This document shows positions 28,092 to 36,477 of a stretch of 64,000 bases of DNA, piece after piece. The stretch lies in assembly GCA_965369325.1 (NCBI GenBank), contig CBDUQI010000003.1, positions 3,639 through 67,638 on the forward strand. Reading direction: 5' to 3'. This DNA comes from an uncultured Gammaproteobacteria bacterium. GTDB taxonomy: Bacteria > Pseudomonadota > Gammaproteobacteria > Steroidobacterales > JBCBZW01. The first letter of the stretch is position 1. Every line of letters starts with the position of its first letter. The notes under the pieces are model-generated. The model made no database searches. It was not told the DNA's origin and worked only from the letters and a program-made list of their open reading frames with translations. The position numbers and the translations under genes are program-made.

Positions 28092-28113
28092 AAAAAGGCA
28101 CGCGGATCGTGCC
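28092..28113 (-). promoter_or_regulatory. terminator-like hairpin plus T5 inside the 5' leader of the giant gene (possible attenuator)
   Basis: The minus strand reads GGCACG-atccg-CGTGCC followed by TTTTT, about 90-110 nt upstream of ATG 28000. No upstream co-directional gene exists that it could terminate. Confidence 0.35.
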
Positions 28114-28263
28114 ATCGAATGTGCACACACCAGCTCCGGGGCAACCCGGCGTCGGCCAGGACTGGCGTGATCATGGGCATTGCGTCGGGCCGTGGGTGCA
28201 CCTTGCTTGAGCGATCCCGCGCTGCAGACTAAGCTTAGTGACAGGCTGTGGTGACCAGCCCTA

Positions 28264-28776
28264 ATGGGCGCTGCGATGACTCAGATCGAACGAAAACTGC
28301 ACTGTTGGAAATGTTCGGCGCGTTTGCAAGAGGTGCAGATGCCGGTGAGCCGTTTTGATCGCTGTCCGCGGTGCCTGTGCGATTTGCGTGTATGCCGCGC
28401 GTGCAACTACTTTGATCCTAAAGTACTGGGGCAGTGCCGGCACGAGCGGGCCGAACGGCTGGTGGATAAGCAATTGGCAAATTTCTGCACGTACTTTCGC
28501 GCTCATCTGGGTGAATTCGCGGCGCTTGAACTGTCCGCGGCCGAGCAAGCCCAACAGGCCCTCGATGCTTTGTTTGATGCACCAGCAGGTGCACCTGATG
28601 CGCCGGCCTCAGAGGCGGGCCCCGAACCAGAGCAAAGCGTGGCATTGGATAGCCTGTTCCGTGGCGGCGCCGCAGACAAGGCGCCGGATGCAGTGGCGCC
28701 GGGCGCTAAGAGTGAGGCGGAGCTTGCGCAGGAGCAACTGGATCGACTGTTCGCGGGGCCCGACAAGCCCGTGTAG
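28264..28776 (+). CDS. Cys-rich zinc-ribbon protein with Ala/Asp/Glu-rich low-complexity tail (unknown function)
   Basis: Cys pairs are CWKC..(16)..CPRC..C..(4)..CRAC..(13)..C..(19)..C, followed by about 90 aa of low-complexity sequence. The start could be ATG 28264 or 28276. Confidence 0.6.
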   Translation: MGAAMTQIERKLHCWKCSARLQEVQMPVSRFDRCPRCLCDLRVCRACNYFDPKVLGQCRHERAERLVDKQLANFCTYFRAHLGEFAALELSAAEQAQQALDALFDAPAGAPDAPASEAGPEPEQSVALDSLFRGGAADKAPDAVAPGAKSEAELAQEQLDRLFAGPDKPV

Positions 28777-28803
28777 TGGCGCGATAGCTGCCGTACCGCT
28801 CGA

Positions 28804-29829
28804 TTAGTTGGCGTTGCCTCCGGCCAGCTGTTGTTCAACCAGCCAACCTTCCAGCAAACGCCGGGTATGGGCAGGCACGGTGTCATCCCACATGGCGGCC
28901 TCGATGGTGCTGCTGACGGCGCGCACAGCCAACGCCTGGTCCAATCCGCGCAGAAACTCAATGGACGCCTGCACGACACGCGGCGCGTTGGATCTGAGCA
29001 ATGCCGTTATGCGGGCCTCATCGGAGGTTTTGGCGGTGTGTTGCAGTGTGATGACGGACTGGGAGAGCAATCGCGGCTCATGCGTCGCAAGATCTACCTG
29101 CGCCCCCGTCTGATCAATAATCCCGCGCAGAATGTCACCCATCCAGGTCTGCTCGGAAGCGCCGTCGAATCCGCCAGCGGTCTCGACGAGATAGGATTTT
29201 AGTTCGGCGTTCAGCGCCGGATCGTTAATCACGCGCCCGACCAAGCGGGCCTGCCGCTCGCTAACGTGGCTGCGTATGGGTTCGCGCAGAAAGAACTCGC
29301 CGATCACTAGGGTACGGGTACGCGCGTCCTGACGCTGCATCAGGCGCACCAGAGTGCCTGTCAGCGCCTGTTCCCCGGCCTTGTTAAGCGGCGTTCGGGC
29401 TGTTCTGAACAGTTGGCGAATGTCTGGCAGATCTTCGAACAGGGCAGTGGTGCCTAGCCCACGGATGCTGACGATACGCGAGCCCTTCGGGTCGATGAGC
29501 TTTTCCTCGCGTCGCTGCGGATTGCTGATGACGTTGGAATGCGCCAGCACATACGTTTGGCCCAACTCAATATCAGCTAGGGTTTGCGCGTCTGTGCGGA
29601 TGCTCATTCGGGCATCACTTTGCCCAGTGAGGTTTTCCACGCATTCAAATACCACGCTGCTGCCTGGCCCACGGGCCAGCGCACGCGCGGCCATGACATG
29701 GGTTTGTTGACGGGTCAGCTCGGTGAGTGGTGGCAAGATGGGGCGCGCTGCGAAACTGCTAAGCGGCAGCCATAATACCAACAAGCACAGCAGGGGAGCG
29801 CAGAGTGAGGGAAGGCGTTTGCGGTTCAC
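28804..29829 (-). CDS. secreted protein of unknown function
   Basis: The GTG 29829 start (GAGAGG upstream) gives VNRKRLPSLCAPLLCLLVLWLPLSSFAARP, a signal peptide. The longer ORF to 29871 would run through the upstream terminator hairpin. I recognise no motif. Confidence 0.6.
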   Translation of the reverse strand: MNRKRLPSLCAPLLCLLVLWLPLSSFAARPILPPLTELTRQQTHVMAARALARGPGSSVVFECVENLTGQSDARMSIRTDAQTLADIELGQTYVLAHSNVISNPQRREEKLIDPKGSRIVSIRGLGTTALFEDLPDIRQLFRTARTPLNKAGEQALTGTLVRLMQRQDARTRTLVIGEFFLREPIRSHVSERQARLVGRVINDPALNAELKSYLVETAGGFDGASEQTWMGDILRGIIDQTGAQVDLATHEPRLLSQSVITLQHTAKTSDEARITALLRSNAPRVVQASIEFLRGLDQALAVRAVSSTIEAAMWDDTVPAHTRRLLEGWLVEQQLAGGNAN

Positions 29830-29871
29830 GCTGGGGGAGCCTCTCGGTAAGAATGGTGGATAAAAAAACAA

Positions 29872-29903
29872 AGAGGCCCTCGCGATGAGGGCCCCTTTGC
29901 TCG
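29872..29903 (-). terminator. rho-independent terminator between two co-directional secreted-protein genes
   Basis: The minus strand reads GGCCCTC-atcgc-GAGGGCC then TCTTTGTTTTTTT, starting 13 nt after the stop at 29916. Confidence 0.6.
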
Positions 29904-29915
29904 TACTACACGCGC

Positions 29916-31874
29916 TTAGAACGTGGTGGTGCTGATGTTACTCAGATCGCAGCTGGCCAGATCAAGTGCCTGGAAGCTCACCACACGCCCGGCGATACCG
30001 CCCGGAATGTTACGCGAGAAGGTAGCGTCGCCATTGCCGTTGCCGGTGCCAGAGCCAATGATGCGCGCATTGGACAGGCCGACATTGACCGAGCAACTGC
30101 CCACGCTTACCGCAGTGGAGCCAGTGCTGAAACCGAAGTACAGCAGCTGCAGCGTGTTGGCGCTGCCATCGGTGCTGCCCCAGGTATTTACCTGGCCGGC
30201 AACGCCGGGGCTGGCTTGGCCCAGGGTGTACTCATCTACCGGCGGTGGGTCATCGCCACAGCTCGGGAAGTTGAAGGCACACACGCGGGTGTTCCACTCG
30301 AAGCTGCCGGTCTGTACGACATACTCCTGGAAGGAGTAGAAGGTGCACTGGTCCTCCGGATCGAGACTGGTGCTGGAGTAATCACCCCAACGACCGCCAC
30401 CGGTCTGCGCGCCCGTGCCAACCACACAAGCCGTTTCGTTCTGCAGGGTGCCTGCGGGATCGCCAACTTCGCGGCCGGTAACATAAACCGACGGGAACTC
30501 GTTGTTGGCGGCGCGGGTGTAGCCCATGCCAAGGTTACCGTTCTGATCCAGCGTCACCGAACCCATCCAGCGCTCACGGCCATCATTCGGCGCATAAGTG
30601 CCGGTGTCGATGATGCTGATCGCGTTGTAGTTGTCCACGTCCAGAATCGCCCAGCGCATGCCGGCACGATCGCCACCCGCGTCCACGGTGTGAGCGACAG
30701 CCAGCTGATGCTCGCCACCGATGTCAGAGTGCGCTGCACGGTACATGGTGAAGAAGGCCAACGTGTCCAGTGAGGAGCCACCCGGTACCGAAACATTGCC
30801 CAGGTTGTCGTCAAAGTTAGGCACGCTCAGGTTGGGCAGACTGCTAAAGCTACCGGCCGCAGGGAAGTTCTCGCAGAACTCGAAGAAGCGGTAGGTAGAG
30901 GGCGCCTGAGCAACGGTAAACAGCGGGCACGCGCCGCCCGGTGCGAGCGAGCCGTTTTCAACGTGACCGGGCTGGATGCCATCGTACTGGCTGAAACCGC
31001 CGGGCAGGGCAACGGTGGTGAAACCGGCTGATCCTGGGCTGGCGCCTAGCATGTCGTCGCGATCGAACAGAACCGCGGTGATGTCACGCGACTGGAACGG
31101 GTTCGATTGCGGGGTGAAGTTACGACCGGTGTAGGTGTAGGCGCTCTGGCTGCCATCGGCGCTTACCCACATGCCAATTTTGGGGTAATCGTTGAACGCG
31201 TTAGGCTCAACGGTAAACTCGAAGCGGGTGTAACCGCTGGTCGGGTCTTCGCCGTCAGAGATGGCAAAACACTGCACACCATCAAACGGGGCGAATTGAC
31301 TGAATACCCAGCGGCCGGCTTCGTGATCGTAGATCACAATCGGGTCGCCAGAGTTGTTGGTCTGGCAAGGGCCACCAAAGCCTGCCCAGAAGGTGTTGCC
31401 GGCAAACGGACCCTGCGGGTTGCTGCCATCTTTGTTGGATACACGCCAGACCAGGTTCACGTAAGACACGGCGTGGACCATGCCCACATCGCCATTGGTG
31501 TCCGGCGGCTGTACGCGCCCGCCGATAACAGCCTGGTTGTCGTCACTGGAGGGACCGGCGAAACTGGCGACCAGGCCAGGAGCGCGCGTGGGGTTGTGGC
31601 CGCGTGCCGCCAGGGGATCTTCTACATCAACCGCCCGGTTCGGGTCTTTGAAGACGCGTTCCAGCTGGTTAGGAATTTCGTAGGTGGTGCCGCGGCGCTC
31701 CGGCGCGGGCAGCATGGCAGACAGCTCTGCCAGCGATTTGGAGGTGTGATCAACACGTGTGACCTTACCTACCGACGCCTCCTGCGCGAGCGCAGGTGTA
31801 GCGATAGCGCACGCGGTGGCCAGCGCCGTCAGCGCAAGCCCGCGTATCGCGGTTATCTGTAGCGGATTTTTCAT
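29916..31874 (-). CDS. secreted protein of unknown function, probable beta-propeller (sialidase-fold-like) with C-terminal beta-sandwich
   Basis: Signal peptide MKNPLQITAIRGLALTALATACAIATPALAQE. The blocks PPDTNGDVG and GGGRWGDYSS resemble propeller proteins, so the fold call is tentative. Confidence 0.7.
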   Translation of the reverse strand: MKNPLQITAIRGLALTALATACAIATPALAQEASVGKVTRVDHTSKSLAELSAMLPAPERRGTTYEIPNQLERVFKDPNRAVDVEDPLAARGHNPTRAPGLVASFAGPSSDDNQAVIGGRVQPPDTNGDVGMVHAVSYVNLVWRVSNKDGSNPQGPFAGNTFWAGFGGPCQTNNSGDPIVIYDHEAGRWVFSQFAPFDGVQCFAISDGEDPTSGYTRFEFTVEPNAFNDYPKIGMWVSADGSQSAYTYTGRNFTPQSNPFQSRDITAVLFDRDDMLGASPGSAGFTTVALPGGFSQYDGIQPGHVENGSLAPGGACPLFTVAQAPSTYRFFEFCENFPAAGSFSSLPNLSVPNFDDNLGNVSVPGGSSLDTLAFFTMYRAAHSDIGGEHQLAVAHTVDAGGDRAGMRWAILDVDNYNAISIIDTGTYAPNDGRERWMGSVTLDQNGNLGMGYTRAANNEFPSVYVTGREVGDPAGTLQNETACVVGTGAQTGGGRWGDYSSTSLDPEDQCTFYSFQEYVVQTGSFEWNTRVCAFNFPSCGDDPPPVDEYTLGQASPGVAGQVNTWGSTDGSANTLQLLYFGFSTGSTAVSVGSCSVNVGLSNARIIGSGTGNGNGDATFSRNIPGGIAGRVVSFQALDLASCDLSNISTTTF

Positions 31875-31893
31875 CCCCGGACCCCTTGTATAT

Positions 31894-31920
31894 TAGAGAG
31901 TAGGTTTATGTAGAGAGTAG
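31894..31920. repeat. direct repeat TAGAGAGTAG x2 with 7-nt spacer
   Basis: Exact 10-mers at 31894..31903 and 31911..31920, lying 20-46 nt upstream of the start of the 652-aa secreted protein gene. Confidence 0.5.
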
Positions 31921-32256
31921 TGTGTTACTGGATACAACGACATGCAGACGCCTCCGCTGTTTCTCAGGGTCGGTCATGGTACCGGAATGTTTGAACAGGT
32001 GCTGACGCGCCCGTTATGTCTATCCGCCTGTCGTTACGTCCCGACAGCAACGGCCCCAAAATTCCGTCCAGCCTCGCCTGAGTTGTGTGAACAGCTTGAG
32101 CGGTCTGCAATCGCAGACGCAGCTTGCGCCAAATTCACGGGCAAGTGGTTTCCGAAGTGTTTCCGGAAGGACACATTTGTATCCGCAGCCGTCGCGGCAA
32201 GCATCCGGCGGGGCGTATGCCCACGGCGGGCTGCGATCAACCGCCACCCACGCGAA

Positions 32257-32264
32257 GGGGGGGG
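32257..32264. repeat. G8 homopolymer tract in a long intergenic spacer
   Basis: The sequence reads cgcgaaGGGGGGGGctcc and lies within the 551-nt non-coding region 31875..32425. Confidence 0.6.
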
Positions 32265-32425
32265 CTCCGCCGGCAGCGCCGCTGCGGAGCAGGCGCCACG
32301 GGGCAGGCGGTGGCCGCGTGCAATCGGCCGTTATCCGGGCTAGGGTGTGCGCTGGCTGCGCTTTGCCCGCCGATGGGGCGCTGTGCGAAGCACCCCGTAC
32401 TGATCTTTGAGCTGAGGAGTGATCT

Positions 32426-33688
32426 GTGCCATTCATGAATTCTCTGTCTGGGCGCGAATGCGCGCATTTGCCTCCCGCCGTGCTGGGGCGCACAACCAAA
32501 CGTCTCGGGTCGGGCGCCTTGGCCGTGCTGGTAAGTCTGCCGGTGCTGGCGCAGCCCTCGCAGCAGGCGCTGGATATCGCCAGTAAGTACCTGCTGGTGG
32601 ATACGCATATCGACGTGCCATATCGGCTGGAGGATGAGTGGGCGGACGTCACCAATGCCACGGAAAGTGGGGACTTTGATTTCCCACGTGCGCAGGCCGG
32701 TGGCCTGGACGTGCCCTTTATGTCCATCTATATTCCGGCGAGCCTGGAGGCCACAGGTGGCGGCAACGCGTTGGCGAACAAACTGATTGATTCGGTTGAG
32801 GCGATGGTCGGGCGTGCGCCCGACCGATTCGCGCTCGCGTACAGCACGCGGGACGTGCAGCGAAACTTCCAGGCCGGGCGCATGTCACTGGCGATGGGGA
32901 TGGAGAACGGGACGCCGATTGAGGGCGATCTGGCTAACCTGCAGCACTTTTTCGATCGCGGCATCCGCTACATCACCCTGGCCCACTCCAAGGCCAACCA
33001 CATCAGCGATTCCTCTTACGATGAGCATCGTTTGTGGGGTGGCCTGAGCCCCTTTGGCAAAGAATTGGTGGCGGACATGAACCGTCTCGGCATCATGATT
33101 GACGTCTCGCACCTGTCAGATGCGGCGGCCGAGCAGGCCATTGGCCTGAGCGTCGTGCCGGTGATTGCTTCGCATTCCTCGGTCCGCCGCTTCACCACCG
33201 ACTGGGAGCGGAACATGAGCGATGAGTTGATTCGCGCGCTGGCTGCCAAAGGCGGTGTGTTGCAGATTAACTTTGGCTCGACCTTCGTCAGCCAGGTGTC
33301 GCATGAGTATCAGCAACTGTTAAGCGAGAAGCGCAAACGGTTTATGCAAGACAACGGCTACACCGACTCCAGCGATCCAGCGGTCGAAGCGTTTACCGAG
33401 CAGTACAAAGAAGTACTCCCCTTCCCGTTCGCGGGTCTGGAGGATGTGCTGGTGCACTTCGACCACGTGGTGAACTTGGTGGGCGTTGAATACGTGGGGA
33501 TTGGTTCGGACTACGATGGCGTCGGCGATTCGCTGCCGGTCGGGCTGAAGGACGCCGCCAGCTATCCCAACCTGATTGATGGTCTGCTGCAGCGCGGATA
33601 CAGCGAGGCGCAGATCGCCGCCATTATGGGCGGCAACCTGATGCGCGTCTGGGCGCAGGTGGAGGCGCACGCGCTGGGTGCTAGATAA
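32426..33688 (+). CDS. membrane/periplasmic dipeptidase, peptidase family M19
   Basis: Family blocks VDTHIDVPYRL, ITLAHSKANHISDSS, MIDVSHLSD and IGSDYDG, plus an N-terminal signal sequence. GTG 32426 lies 6 nt after GAGGAG, and ATG 32435 is an alternative start. Confidence 0.88.
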   Translation: MPFMNSLSGRECAHLPPAVLGRTTKRLGSGALAVLVSLPVLAQPSQQALDIASKYLLVDTHIDVPYRLEDEWADVTNATESGDFDFPRAQAGGLDVPFMSIYIPASLEATGGGNALANKLIDSVEAMVGRAPDRFALAYSTRDVQRNFQAGRMSLAMGMENGTPIEGDLANLQHFFDRGIRYITLAHSKANHISDSSYDEHRLWGGLSPFGKELVADMNRLGIMIDVSHLSDAAAEQAIGLSVVPVIASHSSVRRFTTDWERNMSDELIRALAAKGGVLQINFGSTFVSQVSHEYQQLLSEKRKRFMQDNGYTDSSDPAVEAFTEQYKEVLPFPFAGLEDVLVHFDHVVNLVGVEYVGIGSDYDGVGDSLPVGLKDAASYPNLIDGLLQRGYSEAQIAAIMGGNLMRVWAQVEAHALGAR

Positions 33689-33722
33689 CGAGGTGGTAAC
33701 CGCCCGGCGTACGGCGCGCTGT

Positions 33723-33743
33723 GGGCCTGTTGCGCGCAGGCCC
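33723..33743. terminator. hairpin between convergent genes
   Basis: GGGCCTG-ttgcgcg-CAGGCCC is a 7-bp stem with no T tract. Confidence 0.3.
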
Positions 33744-33770
33744 CTGGATCGGACGACTGCGGGATGTCGC

Positions 33771-34397
33771 CTATAGGCCCGCGGCGTTTGCCAGTTCGCG
33801 CCGCACGCGTGCCGGAATCTCATCCAGCTCGTCCACAAAATCTCGCGCTTCTTCGCGGGTGGCGCCGCGCACGATCACCAGACCGCCTTCCTGCTGATGA
33901 TCGGCATCCGCGTGAATACGCACAGCGGGCGAGGCTTTATGGGCCTTGGCAGTGTGCCCGGCATCATTCTCACCGAATGAGAAACTGAAGTTGTTCTCGC
34001 CGTCGCTGCCGCCGACCAGCACGATGCTGTTGCCGATGACGATCCTCACCTCTTCACCGTCCTCACCTTGGGCCTGGATGTCCAGCCCGTCGGTTGCGCC
34101 TTTGTCCACCTCCACCACGGCCACTGTTTGATTTTCCAACTGCTGGTCCAGGTGACGAAGGGCTTTTTCTGCGGCGCGGTCCGAGAGCAGTGCCGCGTCC
34201 TCCTCACGCCCGTTGATGCCGTAGACATCATCGTCCACGTCAATCAGGGTCACCCGCTCGCCCGTGTCTTCGTTGTGGTAGGTCCACAGTGTGTAAGGGC
34301 CGACAGCGTCGTCAACGTTCAGCTCGTCTGCCAGCAATGGCGTACTGAGCAAGCCCAGCAGTGCGCAGCCGGTGGCAAAGGATGAGAGTGAGGGCAT
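33771..34397 (-). CDS. acidic secreted/periplasmic protein of unknown function
   Basis: ATG 34397 is preceded by GGAG. The signal peptide is MPSLSSFATGCALLGLLSTPLLA. The mature part is very D/E-rich. The longer ORF to 34541 lacks coding character. Confidence 0.6.
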   Translation of the reverse strand: MPSLSSFATGCALLGLLSTPLLADELNVDDAVGPYTLWTYHNEDTGERVTLIDVDDDVYGINGREEDAALLSDRAAEKALRHLDQQLENQTVAVVEVDKGATDGLDIQAQGEDGEEVRIVIGNSIVLVGGSDGENNFSFSFGENDAGHTAKAHKASPAVRIHADADHQQEGGLVIVRGATREEARDFVDELDEIPARVRRELANAAGL

Positions 34398-34732
34398 AGG
34401 AGCTCCACGTAAGTGACAAACAATAGCGGTACAGTACACGGCTCTGTGGAGAATTCCGATTCCTCGGCCAGTTAGGTATCGGGCCGATGGCGTTGCGTGC
34501 GCGCCACGGCACGGTGCTTGGCCAAGCGCATTGAACCTCAAACGTACTAAGGTGATCGCCGCGTATCTAAAGCGCGTTCGCCGCGGGCCTTACGCCTGCA
34601 CTCACGTGGCCCGGGGCTGGATAGTTTAGTTGGAAACCGATCCGGCGAGCGCTGGTAGGGGCGCTTGAAGTAAGCTGAGTACCAAACGAACGGAATCGCG
34701 CAGTGTCTTGCATTGAACCGGGGAGGGACTCA

Positions 34733-36469
34733 GTGGCGCAGCAGGGGCAGGGGCAGAGTTGGCCGCAAGAGCTGGTCAAGCAGGTTGCCTATGATGTGTG
34801 TTTTGATTTTGTCAGCTACAACTCCGAGTTCCGATCGATTACCCAGCGCGCAAAATTCCGCTTCGAGCGGCGGGAATGGGCGCAAAGCCAACTGGACGCG
34901 GTGGAACGGATAGAGCTGTGGGACAAGTGCGTCAACGCCACCGTGGCCAGAATGCGCGAAGAGCTGGGGCCGGCGCCGCCGGTGCCCGCGTTCTGGCAGG
35001 AAGTAAAAGCGCGTTATGCGCAAATCGTCCACAGTTACCGGGACGTTGAGTTTACCCGCACCTACTTTAACTCGGTGGTCCGACGGATGTTTGACCGTGC
35101 GGATGCCAGCACCGCTTGTTTGTTTAACGACGACCGCGCCAGGCCTATGGCAGCGCTGGCTCAATCGCTGCAACTGAACAGCTACACCCGCGACGGCCTG
35201 CTGACCCACTTGTTTACCATACTGCTGGCCGACTACTCATTTGCGGTGACCTACCGGGATATCGGCGCGAGTGGTGAGCAGCTGGCGCGGGCGGTTGCCC
35301 GGCGATTCTCGAGCGAGGATGAGGGGCGCGTCAGCCGGGTGGACATGATTCGCTCGGTATTTTTTCGGGATACGCGCGCCTATCTAGTGGGTCGGGTGCG
35401 GCTGGGGCGACGCAGCGAGCCGATTATCATCGCGCTGAAGAATACCGAGGACGGTATCGTGCTGGATGCGGTGGTTATGGATGAGTATCACATCAGCACG
35501 ATTTTCGGCTTTGCGCGCTCTTACTTCCACGTGGATGAAGAGAACGTGACCAGTCTGGCAGTGTTTCTCAAATCAATGTTGCCGCTAAAAAACCCGATGG
35601 AACTGTTTACCATGCTGGGGCGCGCCAAGCAGGCCAAAACCCAACGCTATCGCGACATCATGCATCGCTTGCAAGTGACCACCGAGAAATTCGAAGATGT
35701 TGCGCTGGATCGCGGGATGGTCATGATCGTGTTTACGCTGCCCTCCTACGATGGTGTGCTGAAGGTTATCCGTGATCAGTTCGCTTATCCTAAAACAACC
35801 GTGCGCGAAGACGTGCTGGAAAAATACCATCTGGTGTTCACTCGCGATCGGGTGGGGCGCTTGGTGGAGGCACAGGAGTTCAAGCGACTGAAGTTCCCGC
35901 GTGAGCGTTTCCACCCCGGGCTGCTGGATGAATTGGTAAAAGAGGCCGGCAATACCGTGAGTGTTGAGCCGGACGGCTCCGTGCTCATTCGCCATGCCTA
36001 CGTGGAACGGCGGCTGATTCCGCTTAATCAGTATCTGCGCGAGGCCAGCAAAGAGCAGGCCATTGCGGCAGTGCTTGAGTACGGGCAGGCCATTCGCGAT
36101 CTGGCTGCTGCGAATATTTTCCCGGGCGATCTGTTGCTAAAGAACTTTGGTGTCAGCGGACATGGCCGAGTGATTTTCTACGATTATGATGAGTTGTGTC
36201 TAGTTACCGAGTGCAATTTTCGCGACATGGTGCAGCCGCAGTACGAGGAGGATGAGATGCGTGGCGGGGAGTGGTTTTACGTGGCGGAAAACGATATTTT
36301 CCCAGAGCAGTTTAGTTCTTTCCTAGGCTTCGACGGGCCATTGCGCGAGGCTTTCATGGCTGCCCACTCAGACTTGCTTACCGCGCACTGGTGGCGGCAG
36401 ATAAAAACCCGTCACGAGCAGGGCGAGATCTTCGAGCTGGTACCATATACACCCCAGCAGTTCGCGTAA
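34733..36469 (+). CDS. aceK: isocitrate dehydrogenase kinase/phosphatase
   Basis: Family blocks FPGDLLLKNFGVSGHGRVIFYDYDELC and NDIFPEQF. GTG 34733 lies 4 nt after GGGAGGGA and gives 578 aa. Confidence 0.92.
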   Translation: MAQQGQGQSWPQELVKQVAYDVCFDFVSYNSEFRSITQRAKFRFERREWAQSQLDAVERIELWDKCVNATVARMREELGPAPPVPAFWQEVKARYAQIVHSYRDVEFTRTYFNSVVRRMFDRADASTACLFNDDRARPMAALAQSLQLNSYTRDGLLTHLFTILLADYSFAVTYRDIGASGEQLARAVARRFSSEDEGRVSRVDMIRSVFFRDTRAYLVGRVRLGRRSEPIIIALKNTEDGIVLDAVVMDEYHISTIFGFARSYFHVDEENVTSLAVFLKSMLPLKNPMELFTMLGRAKQAKTQRYRDIMHRLQVTTEKFEDVALDRGMVMIVFTLPSYDGVLKVIRDQFAYPKTTVREDVLEKYHLVFTRDRVGRLVEAQEFKRLKFPRERFHPGLLDELVKEAGNTVSVEPDGSVLIRHAYVERRLIPLNQYLREASKEQAIAAVLEYGQAIRDLAAANIFPGDLLLKNFGVSGHGRVIFYDYDELCLVTECNFRDMVQPQYEEDEMRGGEWFYVAENDIFPEQFSSFLGFDGPLREAFMAAHSDLLTAHWWRQIKTRHEQGEIFELVPYTPQQFA

Positions 36470-36477
36470 TCTGCGCG

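Noticed and set aside
22907-28201. Longest-ORF start (ATG 28201) for the giant protein. Similar N-terminal extensions occur on ORFs at 5899..6345, 9067, 10114, 17428, 33771..34541, 34703, 37270, 45517, 50077..51138, 53628 and 55494..56915.
   Set aside because: The internal starts give proper signal peptides or family-typical N-termini. They are preceded by SD sequences or form ATGA/4-nt overlaps with upstream genes. The extensions have no coding character.
28001-28263. Possible c-di-GMP-I (GEMM) riboswitch in the giant-gene leader. The minus strand contains GACGCAAUGCC, close to the conserved GACGCAAAGCC segment.
   Set aside because: I could not find the rest of the consensus, namely the GGCAAACC-type 5' half, the GNRA tetraloop/receptor arrangement and the paired P1/P2 helices. 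A single 11-nt resemblance is insufficient, so only the attenuator-like hairpin is reported.
32140-32200. SRP/4.5S RNA-like segment (TCCGGAAGGA).
   Set aside because: Only a short fragment resembles the conserved SRP domain IV sequence. The flanks do not form the long hairpin.
32020-32727. 235-aa minus-strand ORF and several 100-130-aa ORFs filling the 31875..32425 spacer.
   Set aside because: The translations are low-complexity (R/A/P/G/C-rich). They have no SD-start arrangement and overlap the well-supported dipeptidase start. I treat them as spurious, although a decayed gene cannot be excluded.
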